Assembly: GCF_020745735.1 (NCBI RefSeq)
Contig: NC_083409.1
Location: 15,223,873-15,287,872, forward strand
Direction of reading: 5' to 3'
Length of the DNA stretch: 64,000 bases
Source of the DNA: Hemiscyllium ocellatum
Taxonomy: Eukaryota
The notes beneath the pieces were generated by a model. It was not told where the DNA came from, made no database searches, and was given only the letters and a program-made list of their open reading frames with translations. A program made the position numbers and the translations under genes. The first letter of the stretch is position 1. Each line of letters begins with the position of its first letter. Shown one piece after another: positions 61,880-64,000 of the stretch.

Positions 61880-63965
61880 TCAAGAGGCTTTCCCCATTGT
61901 TGGTTTGATCAGTGACGTAACAAGGAAGCAGCAGCTGCCCCATGAACTCCAACAAAAGAATGAGAACAGGCTCTTCATATGGAGCTGGCTCCCGAGAATC
62001 CAATTCAACAGCAGGGACCAAAGAACAAGGGACAATACAGCACAGGAACAGGCCCTTCGGCCCTCCAAGCCTGTGCTGATACATTTTGCCCTTCTATACT
62101 GAAACTATCTTCATCGACAGGATTCATATCCCTCTATTCCCTTCCTATTCATGCATTAGTGCAGGAATTTCTTGAATACTTCTATTGTGTCTGCTTCCAC
62201 CCCCTCCTCTGGCTGTGTGTTCCAGGTAGTCAACTTCCTCTGTGTGAAATACTTGGTTTGTACACCTCTTTACAATGAATTCCCCCAAACCCCTGCACCT
62301 TGAACCTGCGTCCCCTAGTATTTGACCCCCTCCACCCTGGGAAAAAGTCTCATTATTTCCACTCTGCCTATCCCATTCACAACTCTGTAAACTTCTATCA
62401 GGACGCACCTCATTTTCCTGCATTCCAGTGAAAACAAACTCAGTCTCTCCAACCTTTCTTCAGAACTACAATCCCCCCATACCAGACAATATCCTGGTAA
62501 ACATTTTCTGCACCGTCTTCAAAACATCCACATCCTTCTTTTTGGACTGTGTGCAGTTCTATGCAACCAGAACTGTGTGCACTATTCCAAGTGTGGCCGA
62601 ACTAAAGTTCTATAAAGCTGCAGCATAACTTGTCTGTCCTTACACTCAATGCCCCTTCCAATGAAGGCAACCAGGCCATCAGCCTTTTTTACTGCCTTAC
62701 CTCCCTGTGCTGGCACCTTCAGTGATCTGTGAACATACACACCCAGATCCCTCTGCATATCAATACTCCAAAGGATTCTGTCATTCACTGTATAATTCCC
62801 ACCTGTACATCACCTTCCAAAATGCATCACCTCACATTTGTCTGGATTAAACTACACCTGCCATTTTTCTGTCCAAGCATCTCTATCCTGCCATATCCTA
62901 GATAATCCTTCTCATTCTCTGCACTTCTACCAATCTTTGTATCAATTGTAAAATTACTAATTAGACCAGCTACGCTTTCCTCCAAATCATTTATGTAGAC
63001 CATATACAGCAGAGTTCCCTGTGGAACACCACGAGTCACAGCCCTCCATTCTGAAAACCATCCCCCCATCACTGCCCTCTGTCTCCTCCTACTCAGCCAG
63101 TTCTGTGCCCAATGCTGGAAACATTTTAGACAAGACACCTTGTCGCCAGCTCTTACTGCAACTTGATCCAGTTCATTCAGAAAGAGGAAAAGGACAATGT
63201 GCAGATTGTTGAACAGGCCCCTACACCTGGTCCTGAGGCAGGAGCCCAATCTCCAACACACTGGCCTCACTTCACACCAACCTTCACACAGTGCGGGGTC
63301 ATGAACTCCGGCCATCAATCCCTCTGGGACCGGGACGGGGTGGGGGAACAGGGACAATTGTAGAAGAGTCAATAAGGAGTAAAGAAAGATGGAGAGAGTG
63401 TGTTGGAAAGTGTTCAATGGAGGGAACATACCTTGCGATACCCAATACTGACAGAGTCTCCATGTATCACAGAATGTACAAAACAGCACTCCAGTAATGT
63501 GGCTGACCCTTACCTGCCATTTAAAAGGCTAAAGAAGCCACTCAGTTTCAGGACAGGTAGGGATGGGGAACAAATGCTGGTCTTGCCAGTGACTCCCACA
63601 TCCCAGAAAAGAATAGATGGGTTCAGTGATAACACCGTCACCTGAACCTGCAGGTTTCAAGCCCACTCCAGACACTGGAGCACTGTCCTGAGGCTGGCAA
63701 AGGCAAAGACGCCATCTGCTGGATGATCGGTTAAACCACTGCCCTCTCAGGTCGATGTGAATATAAGGGCTTTGTGACCATCTCAGGGAAAATCTCCCCA
63801 GTGTGCTGACCAATGCTTCTCTTATAACCAATGGCATTAAAACAGATACATAAACAAAATACTGCAAATCTCAAATAGAAGCACGATGCTGGAGAAAGGG
63901 AACAGGTGCAGCCTCTGTGGGAGAGGAGGTTTAACTTTTTGGGTTCAGTGATGTTTTATCAAAAA
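61880..63965 (-). repeat. Right arm of tail-to-tail inverted duplication (3' flank of a predicted third cluster)
   Basis: Reverse-complement homology to both parts of the left arm, which are contiguous here. The arm probably continues beyond the window end. Confidence 0.85.
63623..63833 (+). mobile_element. Paralogous copy of the conserved Deu-type SINE relic
   Basis: About 98% identical to the reverse complement of 52523-52734. Confidence 0.6.
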
Positions 63966-64000
63966 GGCAGCAAAATTATATTTTATTTAATTTTATGCTG

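Noticed and set aside
48545-64000. Kde/RS-like deleting element downstream of C
   Set aside because: Heptamers at 50062, 50498, 51984, 58136, 58497 and 63287 have no nonamer at 12 or 23 nt.

Overview
This is eukaryotic genomic DNA from a cartilaginous fish, probably an orectolobiform shark (inferred from the V/C sequences and the SINE tails). It is part of a cluster-type immunoglobulin kappa (NS4-like) light-chain locus. Cluster 2 is complete, unrearranged and on the + strand: leader 36984-37032, V 37219-37517, 12-RSS, 23-RSS, J 37993-38027, a ~10.2 kb intron, and C 48216-48544. Cluster 1 is its inverted paralogue on the - strand (leader 8993-8945, V 8758-8462, J 7960-7926); its C exon is predicted just left of the window. 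The two clusters sit head-to-head within an inverted duplication (~740-14870 vs ~31010-46370). A second, tail-to-tail inverted duplication centred near 60.9 kb implies a third cluster to the right on the - strand. Most of the remaining DNA is decayed CR1 LINEs, tRNA-derived V-SINEs, Deu-type SINE relics and Penelope-like elements carrying hammerhead-ribozyme relics. The best leads are short non-coding islands that are much better conserved between clusters than their flanks: a ~280 bp block 5 kb upstream of each V (Ets-IRF composite site, E-box, kB-like, Runx and CCAAT motifs) and a ~210 bp SINE-derived block 4 kb downstream of C. The V genes also show a mosaic of identity (intron 98% identical, CDR1 43%). 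All alignments and identities were done by eye, repeat names come from recalled family features rather than database searches, and repeat boundaries are approximate.
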